The notes: generated by a model from the letters alone, not told the origin. A DNA stretch of 64,000 nt from Paragordius varius (GCA_964247055.1 OZ176058.1:2666001-2730000), one strand, 5' to 3'; positions 38,914 through 52,301 are shown, counted from the stretch's first letter. Made by a program: numbers and translations.

Positions 38914-39479
38914 CACTTCAATTCAAATAGGGGTATCTAAATACCCCGGACTTAAAGTTAGTATTTTTAAAAAAACTGATGGAAACGGTCCCAATTTAAA
39001 ATGCTTCTATCTTAATAAAAATTATATAAATAAGCCAAAATACTACATAAAATTTTGTTTCGAAAAAAAGTTCCATGGCAAACTATTTTGACGCCATTTT
39101 TATTTTACAAAATTTTTGCAAAATATCGTCTTCATGTAATTTCAAAGGTAAAAAAGCTAATTTTTTATTTAAATTACATCTAACATTGATAGAAATAGAG
39201 AAAGTGCTTTAATTTGTATTATTCCTCAATTTTACCATTGCAGACACGTCACGTTGACTAAATTTTTACCTTTGGGTTTTCGCTAAAAATAAGTTAAATA
39301 AAGTACATTTTGAATAAAATTTTTTATATATTTCGGTTTATTAATGTTATATAAGTGCGAAATTTCGTCATGGTTTCAATTCCTTCCATATTTTTTTAAG
39401 AATTTAATTTTAATAAGGCCTGGAATATCCAACTACCCCAACTTGAATTGAAGGATTAAAATGAATGTGTTGTCAAGTG
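38914..39479. mobile_element. Family A piggyBac-type MITE, intact copy
   Basis: TTAA|CACTT...AAGTG|TTAA (TTAA at 38910-38913 and 39480-39483). Confidence 0.8.
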
Positions 39480-39697
39480 TTAATTGAGTATATTTAGAAA
39501 TGGAAACTGTAAGGTAATTTCGTTGGAAATAATAAAATTTAAATTATACTATTAATAAGTAATATGCAAATATTTTAGACCTCTATACTTTTTAGACTTG
39601 ATTTTCCATAAATATAACTTATTGTTCTTACTACAAAGTATGAAATAGGGATGTTATTGGTAATATTGTAACAAAAAAAATTAAGCTTTAATAAAGG

Positions 39698-40383
39698 CAG
39701 GGCTTGGAAACGGTATAAATAAAGTGGAAACGTAAACGCACTGGTTTTTTGAAAATTTAGCGGTTCCGGAACCGGTTCCTTACATTTAGAATCGGTTTCA
39801 TTTTCGGTTCCTGACTCTTGATTAAATGATTTTCTTAAAAGATTATTATAATAATAATACAACCAAAATATTAACAATTATAAATCAAACATTTTGTTAT
39901 AAATACGCAAATGTATAGTGAAAAAAATATATATTAGAATAAATGAAACAAATTATAAAATTATCACAGGAAGTATAAGTACAAAGGCATATACTTAGTG
40001 TTAATTAGGTATGGCATCTAAAAATTTATTTTAGTTAACTTTTATTATTCCACAAAGCAATTTGCTGGTCAAACTGCTTCTCAGGTCTAAAAATAAAATT
40101 AAGGGTGAATCTCCTTTCAACGGAGACCTATATATACGAACATATGTATTATAAATAAACTTTAGTAGACTAAAAGTTTTTTTAAAACAACCGAATCGCT
40201 CAAAATTCAGAGAATATCGCTAACATAATATTAGGGGCTTAGTTTTCGGTTCGAAGTTTGAAGTATGTAATATGTAGTGGTCCAATCAAATTTAAATAAT
40301 AAAATAAAATTTTTATGATAAAAATCATATGGGAACCGGTTCTTGTTATATTCCAAGAAGCCGGTTTCCGGTTCCTAGCCCTG
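39698..40383. mobile_element. hAT-type non-autonomous element
   Basis: CAGGGCT...AGCCCTG termini with clustered GGAACCGGTTCC subterminal motifs at both ends; TSD not clean. Confidence 0.55.
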
Positions 40384-43309
40384 AAAGTAAGGTTTGTGTC
40401 TATAAAAATATTTAATTTCAATTTTTCCTGTATGTCTTTTTTAGCTCTTAAACCCATAAACACACTTTTTAAATGAATACGTTAATAAAATAATGTTACA
40501 TCCCATTTAAAAATAGTATAGCACGTTGTCACTAAAACAATTTCTGGGGCTAGCTGAAAAAACTGAGCAGTTATGATATGAAATTCATAAATTCTCTTTC
40601 TGCCATTCTCTTATCGTTTTTTCAACCCATATATACTTAAATGAGTTTTAAAATTGTTGTCAGATTTCAATATTCGGACCTAAATTTTAACCGATTCTTA
40701 ATTATGTGTATAAATAGTATTGTATATAGTTCGAAAGAGCTCAAAAATCTTCATCTCATTAATATAATTTAAATTTTTGATTTAATTGGTATCAAAGTTT
40801 TGCCTACATAAAAAGGACCTCGAAAAAATAATAAGCAATATACATTAATGAAGTATAAATATATGTACAATATTGTGAAAAATTATAATAATTTGAAACA
40901 CATATGATGAATAAACGGACAAAAAACTTAACAAACAAAAAATGATTAAATCTATTTAAAATGTGACAATTTTATTTATTCAACTTCTAGTTATTATATT
41001 TTGTTGATAAAAAGACACAAAATGTATATTACACATGAAATTACTAAATTTAATATACCATACTACATATATCATATATCATTTATTTCATATAACCACA
41101 TGTAAAGATATCAAAAATTGGTTGGTTATCAAAAACTTCAAGTTTAGATTCAAGGCTTTATCGTTTTCCGCTGCCTCGATTGTACTAAACATCAAATAAA
41201 TTTTAAAAATTTACATTTGATTAAAAATACTCTTGCTAATGAAAATAATAATTTTATAAATGTTTTAAGAAACATTTGAGCAGCATATTACGAATATTTA
41301 TTTTTTTTAAATTAGTTGTTTGTTATCAAACTGCAAAATATAACCCTAAATCAATGAGAACAATGTTTGATAGTTTATTTTAAGCAAAACACCTTTAAGA
41401 CTAAAATTTTGAGTTATGGGGTAAAAAACTACCCCTAGATGTAACTAATAATTAAATATTTAATAAACTATCTAAATTGGAATTTTTAAATATGCATATA
41501 GCAATCTACTATAATCTATTAGTGCACAAAAATTATTTAAAAGATAGTCTTCATGTTAAATTAAAAAATTATGGGCTTACATACATCCATATAATTTTCT
41601 TATTTTCCCAATTTTTTTTCAACAAAACTATGTTTAAAAATTAAAAAAGACTGATATTTAAACGACATATAATCATTATTTTTCAATAATTATTAATTAT
41701 CAAAATGTTCCCTTATAAAAAAACAATTTTTTCTTTTTACGTTTTGTCTTTATAAAAATAAAATAGATTTAACTGAAAAATTTATACCCTTGTTGGCCAT
41801 CTACTCCTTTGTTGATGAGCATGTACATTGCTAAAATACACTATAAGGAAAATGCGGCCACAAACGTAGTCCTTATCATAGAAATATTAAGTATTCGCAT
41901 TAGGAGTAAAATTTGATTCGATTTGATTTAAATAAATGTAGCAAAGAACCCAAACAAAAAATTGCAAATTAATAAATTTTATTTCTACAGTGCTTGTATT
42001 TATACATTTTTACTGTAATATCTACCTACGTCTTAATTTTTATTATTATTCATATATGTTAATACGTAACATTTTAATTCGGAGAATAAGTTTGCTATTT
42101 TTTCGTAGATCAGTTATTTTTACTTTTGCGTATAACTTAAGCCTGTACCTATTTCACGTAATTCATTATGAAAAACTCTACTTTATAATTACTTATATTA
42201 AATATTTTTATAATTTTTAAACTAATTATCATAATATTCTTAGAATGTTGTATCAAATAAACAGAATTTTTAATAGATATTTATTTGCGTAATTATATTA
42301 TAGCTGATAAAAAATTTGAGCCCAGTCATGATATCTTATTTTTTTTGTTAATTTAATATGTGCGTCATACAGTCTTCTCTTATAACTAAAATTTTTTTGC
42401 AATAATTTACAGAAATATTACAGTATATGTTAAATGTATATTGCTAGAAAAAGTTATTAATTATTGCTATATATAATATACAGAAAAGAGAATTATAATT
42501 GGCTAATTATAGTAAAAAGTGAAAATTAACTATAAGCCAATAATACCGCCCTTTGTTGTATAAGCTATTTAGCAATAATTGATAATTTCTAGAAATGTAT
42601 ACTATCTTATGCTGTAAGTAAAGAATTTGCTTAAAAGCCTTTTTTTAAGAGGTATTTTAAAGAGATTAAACTGCGCCTTTGTAAAAATTGTCATTATACT
42701 GACAAAATTTAAAAACTAAACACAAATATGGTTTTAAAATGACAACCACACATTCTAAAACTTTATTTTTCCTTTTAAACTATATAGTAATCAAAATTAT
42801 AAAAATATATGTCTTATAAATATATTTGTTAATCTTGCCTCTATAAATTGATTTTTCATTGTAAATCTGTATACCTTATTTCAGTGGGTTATAACCAAAG
42901 GCTTGAAAAATTAAGGTACTGTTTTGCATGTTTATTTGAAACATAGTTATAAATATTGTTCGAAGCATAAACATTTATTTGTCTGTTGTATTAGCGATCG
43001 AAAAATATATAAAGAATTTAATGGCGAAAAAAGGTTTTAATGAAGAATGATTTTTTACAATTAAATTTTTAAAAAAATTTATCCCATGTGCCTTGTCTCA
43101 AAAGTATTAATTTGGCTTTATATTATAAATTCATTTTAGAATTTTTGTATACTCGCCTAGTGATATAAAACTACCCAATAGATGAAGAGTATATTTGATT
43201 GATAAACAAAATTTTAGTAAGTTAAATTTTTATAATTAATAGGGTAAAATTTGGAAATATAAATAATATACATAAATAAATAAAAGATAATTTTTTTAGA
43301 AAAAAATCA

Positions 43310-43835
43310 TGTCTTCAAAATCAAATGGTGCCAGGTCACCAGTTAGTAGATGCGAAAGAATTTCCTATTTTGAGACGACGGATTATTGTCATTAGTAGCA
43401 AAATACTTTGTCATGTCTTCTTGACAAATTTCGGTCGTTTTTGATCAATCATCCATAAATTATTTCATTTGATGTGTCGAAACATTCTGTAAACGGTTTC
43501 AACAGGTTTCAAAAGTTTATAATAATGAACAATATCGCTCTGGTCTGTCTAGATACAGAGGATGATGAATGGTCTTATTTCCCAAGCTATTTGGCATTGA
43601 TCTTGATGCGCTTGGCAAGGTGAATTGAATTTTCATAAAATACGACAATTCCTATCATCTGTCCATCCAAATTCAAGGAAATTTATTTCTTTTTGTGACA
43701 ATGAAGCAGGATTTCACAACTTGCTATATTCGTTTAACATTCACTCAAATTGTGTGGGACCTTTCAGAATTTATTGGTCCTTTTCATTGCTCATAGACAT
43801 CTATTATTCGTTTTGTTGTTAAGTTGGAGTTGGTA
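43310..43835 (-). pseudogene. Degenerate coding remnant, probably from a DNA transposon (family unresolved)
   Basis: GC-richer island. Minus-strand frames give protein-like pieces (LSQKEINFLEFGWTDDRNCR, SRSMPNSLGNKTIHHPLYLDRPERY, YYKLLKPVETVYRMF) broken by stops and frameshifts. Confidence 0.3.
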
Positions 43836-44060
43836 GTTTCTTTGCTTTAAACATATAATTAACAACTTAATTTTCAAAAAATCTTATTGGTGCCCTCCAA
43901 TTTTTTTGTTTTAGCCTTTCCATACCATTATTTAGTTTACATAAAATACAAAAAAATGGGGTGGTGCAAAACCTTGTTAACTAGTGTAAGAGAGCAAAAA
44001 AATTTAAATCACTCGTAAGGGCAACCAAAAGCATCAGGATAATTTTGATATATTTTCTTA

Positions 44061-44286
44061 CAGTCATGTATCCTTTATTTTATCAAAAATTGTTTTTTCG
44101 TTAAATAGGTATAAATATTTGGCAAAGAATGGAAAAAACAAGAGCTCTATGGTAATTCTTATACATTTTTGTTGAATATGATATTGTTAATACCATAGAG
44201 CTCTTGTGCTTTCCATTCTTTACCAAATATTTATACCCGTTAACGAAAAAAAATAAATTTTTGATAAAATAAAGGATACATGACTG
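44061..44286. mobile_element. Palindromic Tc1/mariner-type MITE
   Basis: TA|CAGTCATGTATCCTTTATTTTATCAAAAA...TTTTTGATAAAATAAAGGATACATGACTG|TA; inserted in a repeat also seen at ~38125-38280. Confidence 0.8.
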
Positions 44287-44571
44287 TATCATATAATGTC
44301 GAAATTATTTATACCTTTCGATACTAGACGCAATGTTATTTTAGGATCTTAAATATAAAATTTTCGCATAACAGATATTTTTTTAATAAACATCGGAAAA
44401 GTTAAACAAACCTAAGGAAAAAATTCTGAGATCTCTAAAACTAATTACATTTAATGTTGCAAGGATATCAAACGGAGAATTTTTTAACACCATCTTCCCT
44501 GAATGATAAATTATTCCCGACATATCATTGAAATCGAATTCATATTATTCAATAGCTTATTTGGACAATAA

Positions 44572-47500
44572 CACTGTGCAACAAAATATGGGTTCAATTT
44601 TCTGAAGCTTATTTTCATAATATTTTCTGATTCCTTATGGTATTGTGATCAGATTTGGATAAAAAAATTATTTACTTACCCAGGTCGTTTTCGAGATATG
44701 GGACTTTTTCCATATTTGGACATATCCAAAATTTTCTCGTTTGTAAATCTTTTTCGCTAGGTAAACAAATAATATGTGGCTTATAACACAAATTTTATTA
44801 TAGACCACCAATTTATCTTTAAAATAAAAAAAAATTAACTCAAAATATTCAATACTTTTTGTTACAGGGGGCAAAAACCCTCAAAAACGGGGGAAGTTAA
44901 CATTTTTTGACACAAATATTTTTCATCATCTTATTAAATGAAAACACATTTTATTTTATGTTCTTGGATGTTAATAATTTTTTTTAATTATAAATATCAT
45001 TGTGTAATAGCTTTGTGGACTTTAATTTTTTTAAAAAAATTTAATTTTTACAGCTTTTTTGCTGTTTTTTATGTAAAAAATGATTTAATACAGCTGCATA
45101 TAATATATTCTTTATTTCATATGATATTTTTAATATTTCCCGCACCTAAATATACTCCATATTAGCTTTTTCATCAAAAATATGTTATTATATACCCAAA
45201 ATGTACAAAAAATATAATACCCAAGTATATAAATATTTATAAATTTAGGATAGATAAAAATATTGTTGGCCATATATGTGGACAATACACAAAAAAACTA
45301 AAACTACAAACATTACCACTTACATAAAAAACTATTTTTTTATATTATGGGGAACCTAGATTTGGGCCCCGCACACCAATGCAACACAAAGAAAAAGCGG
45401 CATAGGTGCATTGCGAACATTTTCTCAAAATTTTTAGGAAATTTAAAAATAAAAATTACCTGGAATTAGTTAATCGACTCTTTCTATAGGATGGTATGTA
45501 TGTTATAATATACATGCTATTTAAACATTTATATTCTTTTTTATCCAAAAATATAGGATGCCGCATGACTCCAAAGCTTCATATGGTGAATTCCCATTGT
45601 GTTTTTCTCAAAGGCGCCAACAGTAAGAGCCAGGGATCAATTTATAATCTTTCGACAAAACTATCGAAATAATATAAATTTAATTTGCGATTATATATAA
45701 TAAATAAATTATTTTATTTTACTTTCATTTAAAATCAAGATAGATTAGTGTCTTTTTGACCAAAATATACACTTTATTTAATATTCACTCAAATTAATTG
45801 AAGCATTAAATGAGGATTTGCGTATAATTCAATATATAATTCTCATTGTTGAAAGAGTTACACAGGGTTTTAATTGAGATGGAAGAGGCTTTTGACAGGA
45901 TTCCTGGATAATCTATTTGGTAAGTCTCCGTCGTAAAAAGGTCCCAGAAAGTAGTATCAAGTTGTTACATATAATGTACGAATCTCACACCCAGGATTAA
46001 AACTCCACAAGGTTTATCAGAGCCCTTTTCAATAAAGCACGGAGTCTACGAAGGTCGTCACTCAGCCCCTTATTGTTTATAATTTGTATGGACGAGATAG
46101 CCAAGGTCGTTAATGTATGCAAATGACATAATCATCTTGTCTGATTCATTGGCTGAGTTAAAGCGAACGGTAAACAGATGGGTCATTTTACTGAATCAAT
46201 ACGGTGTGAAAGTAAACAAAGCAAAAACCGAACTTATTACTTTTGGGGGTCAACTTGAAATGGAAGTAGTTGGCTGAAGGGTAAAGAAAGTTGCAAATAT
46301 TTGGGGGGTAAGTTAAGTTCGGTTGGATCGTTGACCGATGATATTAATTTAAAAATAAAGAGCAGTTGGATAAATTGGAAGAAAATTTCAAGCGTGTTAT
46401 GTGATCGAAATATTGATGTTAGAGTGAAAGGTAAGATATACAGTTCAGTTGTTCAACCCACAATGATGTATAATTCACAGACCGGTGTCAAAAAATCAGA
46501 AGAAAGACATTTCAACGTGACTTAAATGCTTAGAATGATGTGGGGGCAACAACAAAGTATAGAATTGAGAATAGATTTATTCGTAGGAGCACAGATGTTG
46601 AACCAATAGTGAAAAGAATGTCAAAAAATAGGGTACGTTGGTTTGGACACATTGAAAGGGGAGATTCTAATTATATTACAAAAATAATTGATTGTCATAT
46701 AGTTGAAGGAAAACGAGGACGTGGGCGGCCTAAATCGAAATGGGTGTACAGTAAAAAGAGTTAGCAGAATACGAGCTTAATGCAGAAGACGCCATAGCTA
46801 GACTACTATGGCGAGACAGGTTGTATAAAATGAGCGCTCTCACGAGTGAAAACATGTAATTTAATGCTTCAAATAATTAAAGTGAATATTAAATAAAGTG
46901 TATATTTTGGTCAAAAAGACACTAATCTATCTTGATTTTAAATGAAAGTAAAATCAAATAATAATTTATTTATTATATATATAATCGCAAATTAAATTTA
47001 TATTATTTCGATAGTTTTGTCGAAAGATTCAAAATTGATCCTTGGCTCTTACTGTTGGCGCCTTTGAGAAAAACACAATGGGAATTCACCATATGTAGCT
47101 TTGGAGTCATGCGGCATCCTATATTTTTGGATAAAAAAGAATATAAATGTTTAAATAGCATGTATATTATAACATACATACCATCCTATAGAAAGAGTCG
47201 ATTAACTAATTCCAGGTAACTTTTATTTTTAAATTTCCTAAAAATTTTGAGAAAATGTTCGCAATGCACCTATGCCGCTTTTCCTTTGGGTTGTATTGGT
47301 GTGCGGGGCCCAAATCTAGGTTCCCCATAATATAAAAAATAGTTTTTTATGTAAGTGGTAACGTTTGTAGTATTAGTTTTTTTGTGTATTGTCCACATAT
47401 ATGGCAAACAATATTTTTATCTATCCTAAATTTATAAATATATATATACTTGGGTATTATATTTTTTTTACATTTTGGGTATATAATAACATATTCTTGA

Positions 47501-48095
47501 TGAAAAAGCTAATATGGAGTATATTTAGGTGCGGGAAACATTTAAAAATATCATATGAAATAAAGAATATATTATATGCAGCTGAGTAAATTAAATCATT
47601 TTTTACATAAAAAACAGCAAAAAAGCTGTAAAAATTAAATTTTTTTTAAAAAATTAAAGTCCACAAAGCTATTACACAATGATATTTATAATTAAACAAA
47701 AATTATTAACATCCAAGAACATAAAATAAAATGTGTTTTCATTTAATAAGATGATTAAAAATATTTGTGTCAAAAAATGTTAACTTCCCCCGTTTTTGAG
47801 GGTTTTTGCCCCCTGTAACAAAAAGTATTGAATATTTTGTAATTTTTTGTTTATTTTAAAGACAAATTGGTGGTCTATAATAAAATTTGTATTATAAGCC
47901 ACATATTATTTGTTTACCTAGCGAAAAAGATTTACAAACGAGAAAATTTTGGATATGTCCAAATATGGAGAAGGTCCCATATCTCGAAAACGACCTGGGT
48001 AAGTAAAAATATTTTTCTCACAAATCTGATCACAATTCCATAAGGAATCAGAAAATATTTAAAAATTTATGTTCAGAAAAAGTTGTGTCACAGTG
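44572..48095. mobile_element. 3.5-kb foldback element with ~1.24-kb TIRs and CACTGTG termini (CMC: CACTA/Chapaev-like), RTE LINE in the centre
   Basis: Arms 44572-45811 and 46859-48095 are reverse complements. Termini CACTGTG...CACAGTG. 3-bp TSD TAA (44569-44571, 48096-48098). Confidence 0.9.
45812..46858 (+). pseudogene. 5'-truncated, decayed RTE-clade non-LTR retrotransposon (RT domains and C-terminus)
   Basis: Pieces IEMEEAFDRIP, KTPQGLSEPFSIKHGV, LSPLLFIICMDEI, YANDII (YADD), YGVKVNKAKTE, WKKISSVLCDR..KGKIYSSVVQPTMMY and RVRWFGHIER...VEGKRGRGRPKSKW are typical RTE RT and C-terminal motifs. Multiple stops and frameshifts. Confidence 0.9.
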
Positions 48096-49375
48096 TAATG
48101 AAGTAAGGTTCCCAAAAGCAGAGCCTATTCAACAAATGAAAAAGTTTTTTGATTGCATTCAAGCAATGACCCATAGGGGGTTTGTTCAAAAATGGCCCCC
48201 GATAAACTTAGTAATCAACGTTATTTTAAAAGCAATCAATATTTTTCGTTAATTAACAAGGGTACTTCTAGTATAATATATGAGGTATAACACGCCATAT
48301 ACACATAAAACGCGCAAGTCGTAAATAATAAAAATATTAAAAATGTAGATTTTGATTAGTATTGAACCCTCTTTTTAAGTTAGTTCCAATATATACATTT
48401 CTCTATTTTTATACACTTTTTAACATGTCCATGGCTTAGTAACAATTTAAACCACCGCCTTGTTTGAAGCAATTTCGCCCATTAAATTATGACTTATGAT
48501 GTTAATGCATATATTAATAATATCCCTATTTATCTTTGTTAAATTATTCATTATTTGAGTATATGATAAGGCAAAAAATAAATTTTTAGGTCTGCCAAAT
48601 ATAAAATATTGCTATTCCTTTTTTGCAGACTTTTAACTATAATTAAATAAGGCATCTGATGTATATTAAATTATTAACGCCTAATTAACATACAATATGT
48701 TAAAAGTAAGATTAAAATTGTTAAATTTAAACCTTTTGTTGTTTTTAACGCTGCTCTGAGTAAGGATAGCCTCTAATGTGGTATAATTTAAACTTATACT
48801 TTTTTTCAGAACAACGGGACCGTATAGTTATATAAAGGTCTTTTCTCTAACTTTAAGGGTGTTAATTATTTATTTGAATTAACATAAGTCGCCTTGGTTT
48901 GATTATATATTTATAACAAATATATTTAACTTTAAGTTTTACGCGTTTTGTCTTTTTAATATCAATTTTTGCAGTAAAAATCACTTTTAGGTAGCTAAAA
49001 AGGAGGATTATATTTTTCAACTACATAATTTAAATAAAAATTAAATTATATATTAAAGGGAATAAATTATTTTTGAGAAAATGGCGTCTTTAACATCAAA
49101 TATTTAACGTATTAAGTATAATATATTACCAAAAATTTTTTATTTAATAATTTTAAAAAGAAAGAAAGATAGCAGACTTGATGATTCACGCGATAAATAA
49201 ATAAAAAAATAGCTATCATTATTTGCGTAATATATTTTTTTCTACAACTATGTACCCTATATATATAGGCCGAAATTATTTTAAAGGTACATGCTTAACG
49301 AATTCTTTTTATTGCTTTTAACAATTTTAGAGATCTTTACATGGTACCAAAATTTTATTTTGCTTAATAAAATAA

Positions 49376-49666
49376 TATACCATTTACGATTTAAAATCAC
49401 CCTTGAAAGATCTCAATTTTACCCTAAAAATGAATTATGTGTTTTCGGGCTAACATAATAACTCATTATTAATAAGAATTATATTTTGATGGCATAGTTA
49501 ATAATATTAACCGTAATTTCATTTCTTAAAAATATATAAAATATATAGGTATCTTAAAAAATACATGATTTATTATAGGGTTAATTTGAATTGTTCAAGG
49601 GTGATTCGAATTATTAAAGGAAGAAGGTGAATTGTTTAAGGGTGAATTTAAACTGTAAACAGTATA
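49376..49666. mobile_element. Family D MITE
   Basis: TATACCATTTAC...CTGTAAACAGTATA termini. Confidence 0.72.
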
Positions 49667-50633
49667 TTAAGGGGGTTGTAACAAAATATTAATTTAAGAA
49701 ACATTTAAAATTAAACAATTTTTAATTTCGTTTTTGTTTCTTATATATACTAAACACATTTTAATCAAATTTTATTCATTAATTTTATCAAAATCAATTC
49801 ATCGTAATATGCAAAAAATACTGAATATCTTTAAAATATGGAGTGCGTTTGTAATGCTATTTGCCTTATTATTATAGTATGTCTAATTAATGTCCTGGGT
49901 CGTTCAAATACCACACACACATTTAAATGGGTGAAATTTTAATTTTTTTTTGTTTTACCAAGCCTTCCCACGCTCAAAAATATTAGGTTTTGGGGGGAAA
50001 ATGCGTTTATAACCTACAATTTACCACGATTTTCGGAATAAGGCACCCTAATTTTTTTATTAATAGTTTAAATTAGTAGTATTGCTCAAACCGCAAGACC
50101 TAAAATTTTTTATGCCAAAATATATTAAAAACAATTCATATCTCGTTTTTCTAATTCAATTACCATAAATTTTTTGATTTTGTACTATGCAGACTTTATT
50201 AAATTGATGTACTTATTTGGAATGCTAATATTTGCAATTATGTGTCAGACAACTATAAAATTTTAATCGGTATTTGGCTCTTTAGGTTTTTTAGTGATTA
50301 ATTAATTGATTTACAGCAATATTAGCAAAAAAAGGGAATAAATAAATAAATTAATTAATTATTTATTTACAAAAAATTATTTGCTATGTAAGGAGTTTCG
50401 CGCTGGTGAAAAGCAATGGAATTTCTTACAAACCTGTAGCTCAAGGCTTCATCATTTAAAATCAAAAACCTTAATATGAATTTAATTAATTAGCCATAAT
50501 TTATGGTAAATAAGTGATAAATAAATAAAAATGAGATATGCATTATTATTTAAAAATTATTTTGGCAAATAACTTTATGTATATAACTTATATTCTGGAT
50601 GCATTTCAGAGTAGATAGAGCTTATATTCATAA

Positions 50634-51285
50634 TATACCATTTACAGTGGTTCTCATCAGGGGGTAACGCCCCCCCCAAGGGTTTCACAGAATAATCTAG
50701 GGGGGTGCTAACAATTTGTAGAATTTAATTATAAAATGAAATCAGAAATAAATTGAAGGATTTTAGGCGCAAATTATCAAGAATTATCTCCGATATGTGT
50801 AAATATTTCCAAATTGCAAATACAAGGATCTCATTTATCGGGATTTTTTAATTTTATAATAGCTTTTACCAATTTTTAACTTGGATTTTTTCGTAAGGCG
50901 GGCGCAAGAATAATTTTCAATTTGGTGAAGAGTGAACAAAAAAAAGTTGGAATGACGGATTTATACCTCAATTCACCCATACAAACTTTAATTTTAGCCT
51001 TTTTAACATTTTAAATTGACCCTAAAATCCATTATGTGATGTTTTTAAAAATCAGGAATTACAAAACCTATATTTTTTGTTTTAAATAAAAAGGGAATTT
51101 CGTTTAAAATAACATAATGCAGAAAAAAATGATAAATTATGCCATAATATTATATTATCCTAATTAAATTGGTCCAAAAATACATAATTTACTTTTACGA
51201 TGAATTTTAAATGTTTAATGTGCAAAAGTTTGAGAGTATCTTACATATGTTCAAGGGCAAATTCGAGTTGATTATTGGATATATA
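50634..51285. mobile_element. Family D MITE interrupted by a hAT (CAGTGGTTCTC..., MER5/Charlie-like) insertion at ~50645-50960
   Basis: The left TIR ATATACCATTTA is followed directly by CAGTGGTTCTC; the D-family subrepeats resume at ~50965. Confidence 0.5.
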
Positions 51286-51768
51286 ATTATCAAATATTAT
51301 CTTTATATATAATGAAAAACTTTAGTCTTTAATCGGAATTTCAACAGTTTTGATACTCGAATCCATATTAACATTTATTTCAAAAAATAATTTATCACAT
51401 TTGTTCTACCTCTATTTGTTTTAGGATCAATTTCGATGATGTTTAATTTAATTAATAACGATAAAAAAATAATTTTGAATTTGAAAATCTCTGCTGTTTG
51501 ATTCAGGATTAAATCGTTACATTTCATATATCGAATTTGATTAAAATATTTTTTAATACTAATTTAATTTAAAATTTTAAAGAAGCCCAATTTACTCCGC
51601 GCCCAATATGTATATAATCTATCGATAAAGAAATAAATATGGTGATGCTTCAATTTATTATATCAATAATTGGGTGCAGAAATTATAGAGTATATATATA
51701 GTGATTACAAAATATATATCAAGCTATTATAAAGTTAGGCAAAAAAATGCAATTGCAAGCTGTTAACA

Positions 51769-51921
51769 TCATTTCGTTGTCATCAAAGGATTTGACAATT
51801 TCGGAATTGACATATTTATTTTAGGCATATCTATTGTAAGACTGATGGACATGTCTCGAGGCTTCGATGGAATTACACCAGCACTCTCTGGTGCTGTCGA
51901 GGAACCTATTTTTGTTTTCAT
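51769..51921 (-). CDS. Partial tandem paralog of the secreted ORF (50 aa, MKTKIGSSTAPESAGVIPSKPRDMSISLTIDMPKINMSIPKLSNPLMTTK)
   Basis: Shares RDMSISL..DMP and the downstream GATGTTAA...TTGCAATTGCATTTTTT...TAACTTTATAATA block with the 3' end of 51948-52301. Confidence 0.4.
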   Translation of the reverse strand: MKTKIGSSTAPESAGVIPSKPRDMSISLTIDMPKINMSIPKLSNPLMTTK

Positions 51922-51947
51922 GCAAAATATAACAAGTTATTATAAAG

Positions 51948-52301
51948 TTAAACGAAAAAATGCAATTGCAATTTATTAACATCGTTTCGAGTCATGAAAA
52001 AAATTAAAGAACCTCTCGTTTTTGGAATTCCGGTCGTTGATCTTGGCAATGGCCTTCTTCGAGGTTTGAGCGACGTTGACAAACTAGGCATATCATTTCC
52101 AAGACTGATGGACATGTCACGATCTATCGAGATTCTTTCTATTTTTATTTCATGTTTAGGTTTTAGGGTCGGTCTATTCGTTGTCGTTCGCAAATTAATA
52201 TTGTAACCAGACAAGGATTCATATTCTAATCCTATAGCAAGACAATGTATAGCCAAAAATATGATGAAAATCGCTTTTGAAAGAATCAAATTTAATGCCA
52301 T
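51948..52301 (-). CDS. Small secreted orphan protein, 117 aa, S/T/P/R-rich
   Basis: MALNLILSKAIFIIFLAIHCLAIG is signal-peptide-like. Single open exon, GC-richer than its flanks. TATA box upstream. No family recognised. Confidence 0.6.
   Translation of the reverse strand: MALNLILSKAIFIIFLAIHCLAIGLEYESLSGYNINLRTTTNRPTLKPKHEIKIERISIDRDMSISLGNDMPSLSTSLKPRRRPLPRSTTGIPKTRGSLIFFMTRNDVNKLQLHFFV

Noticed and set aside
44668-45165. ORFs within the foldback arms (also 47389-47589)
   Set aside because: AT-rich noise, and the frames are not preserved between the two arms.
49809-49875. Signal/TM-like mini-exon MQKILNIFKIWSAFVMLFALLL with a GTATGT donor as the missing M13 N-terminus
   Set aside because: Its phase 2 does not match the phase-0 or phase-1 acceptors at 59018/59109, it is 9 kb away, and it may simply end at TAG. 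Unsupported without transcripts.
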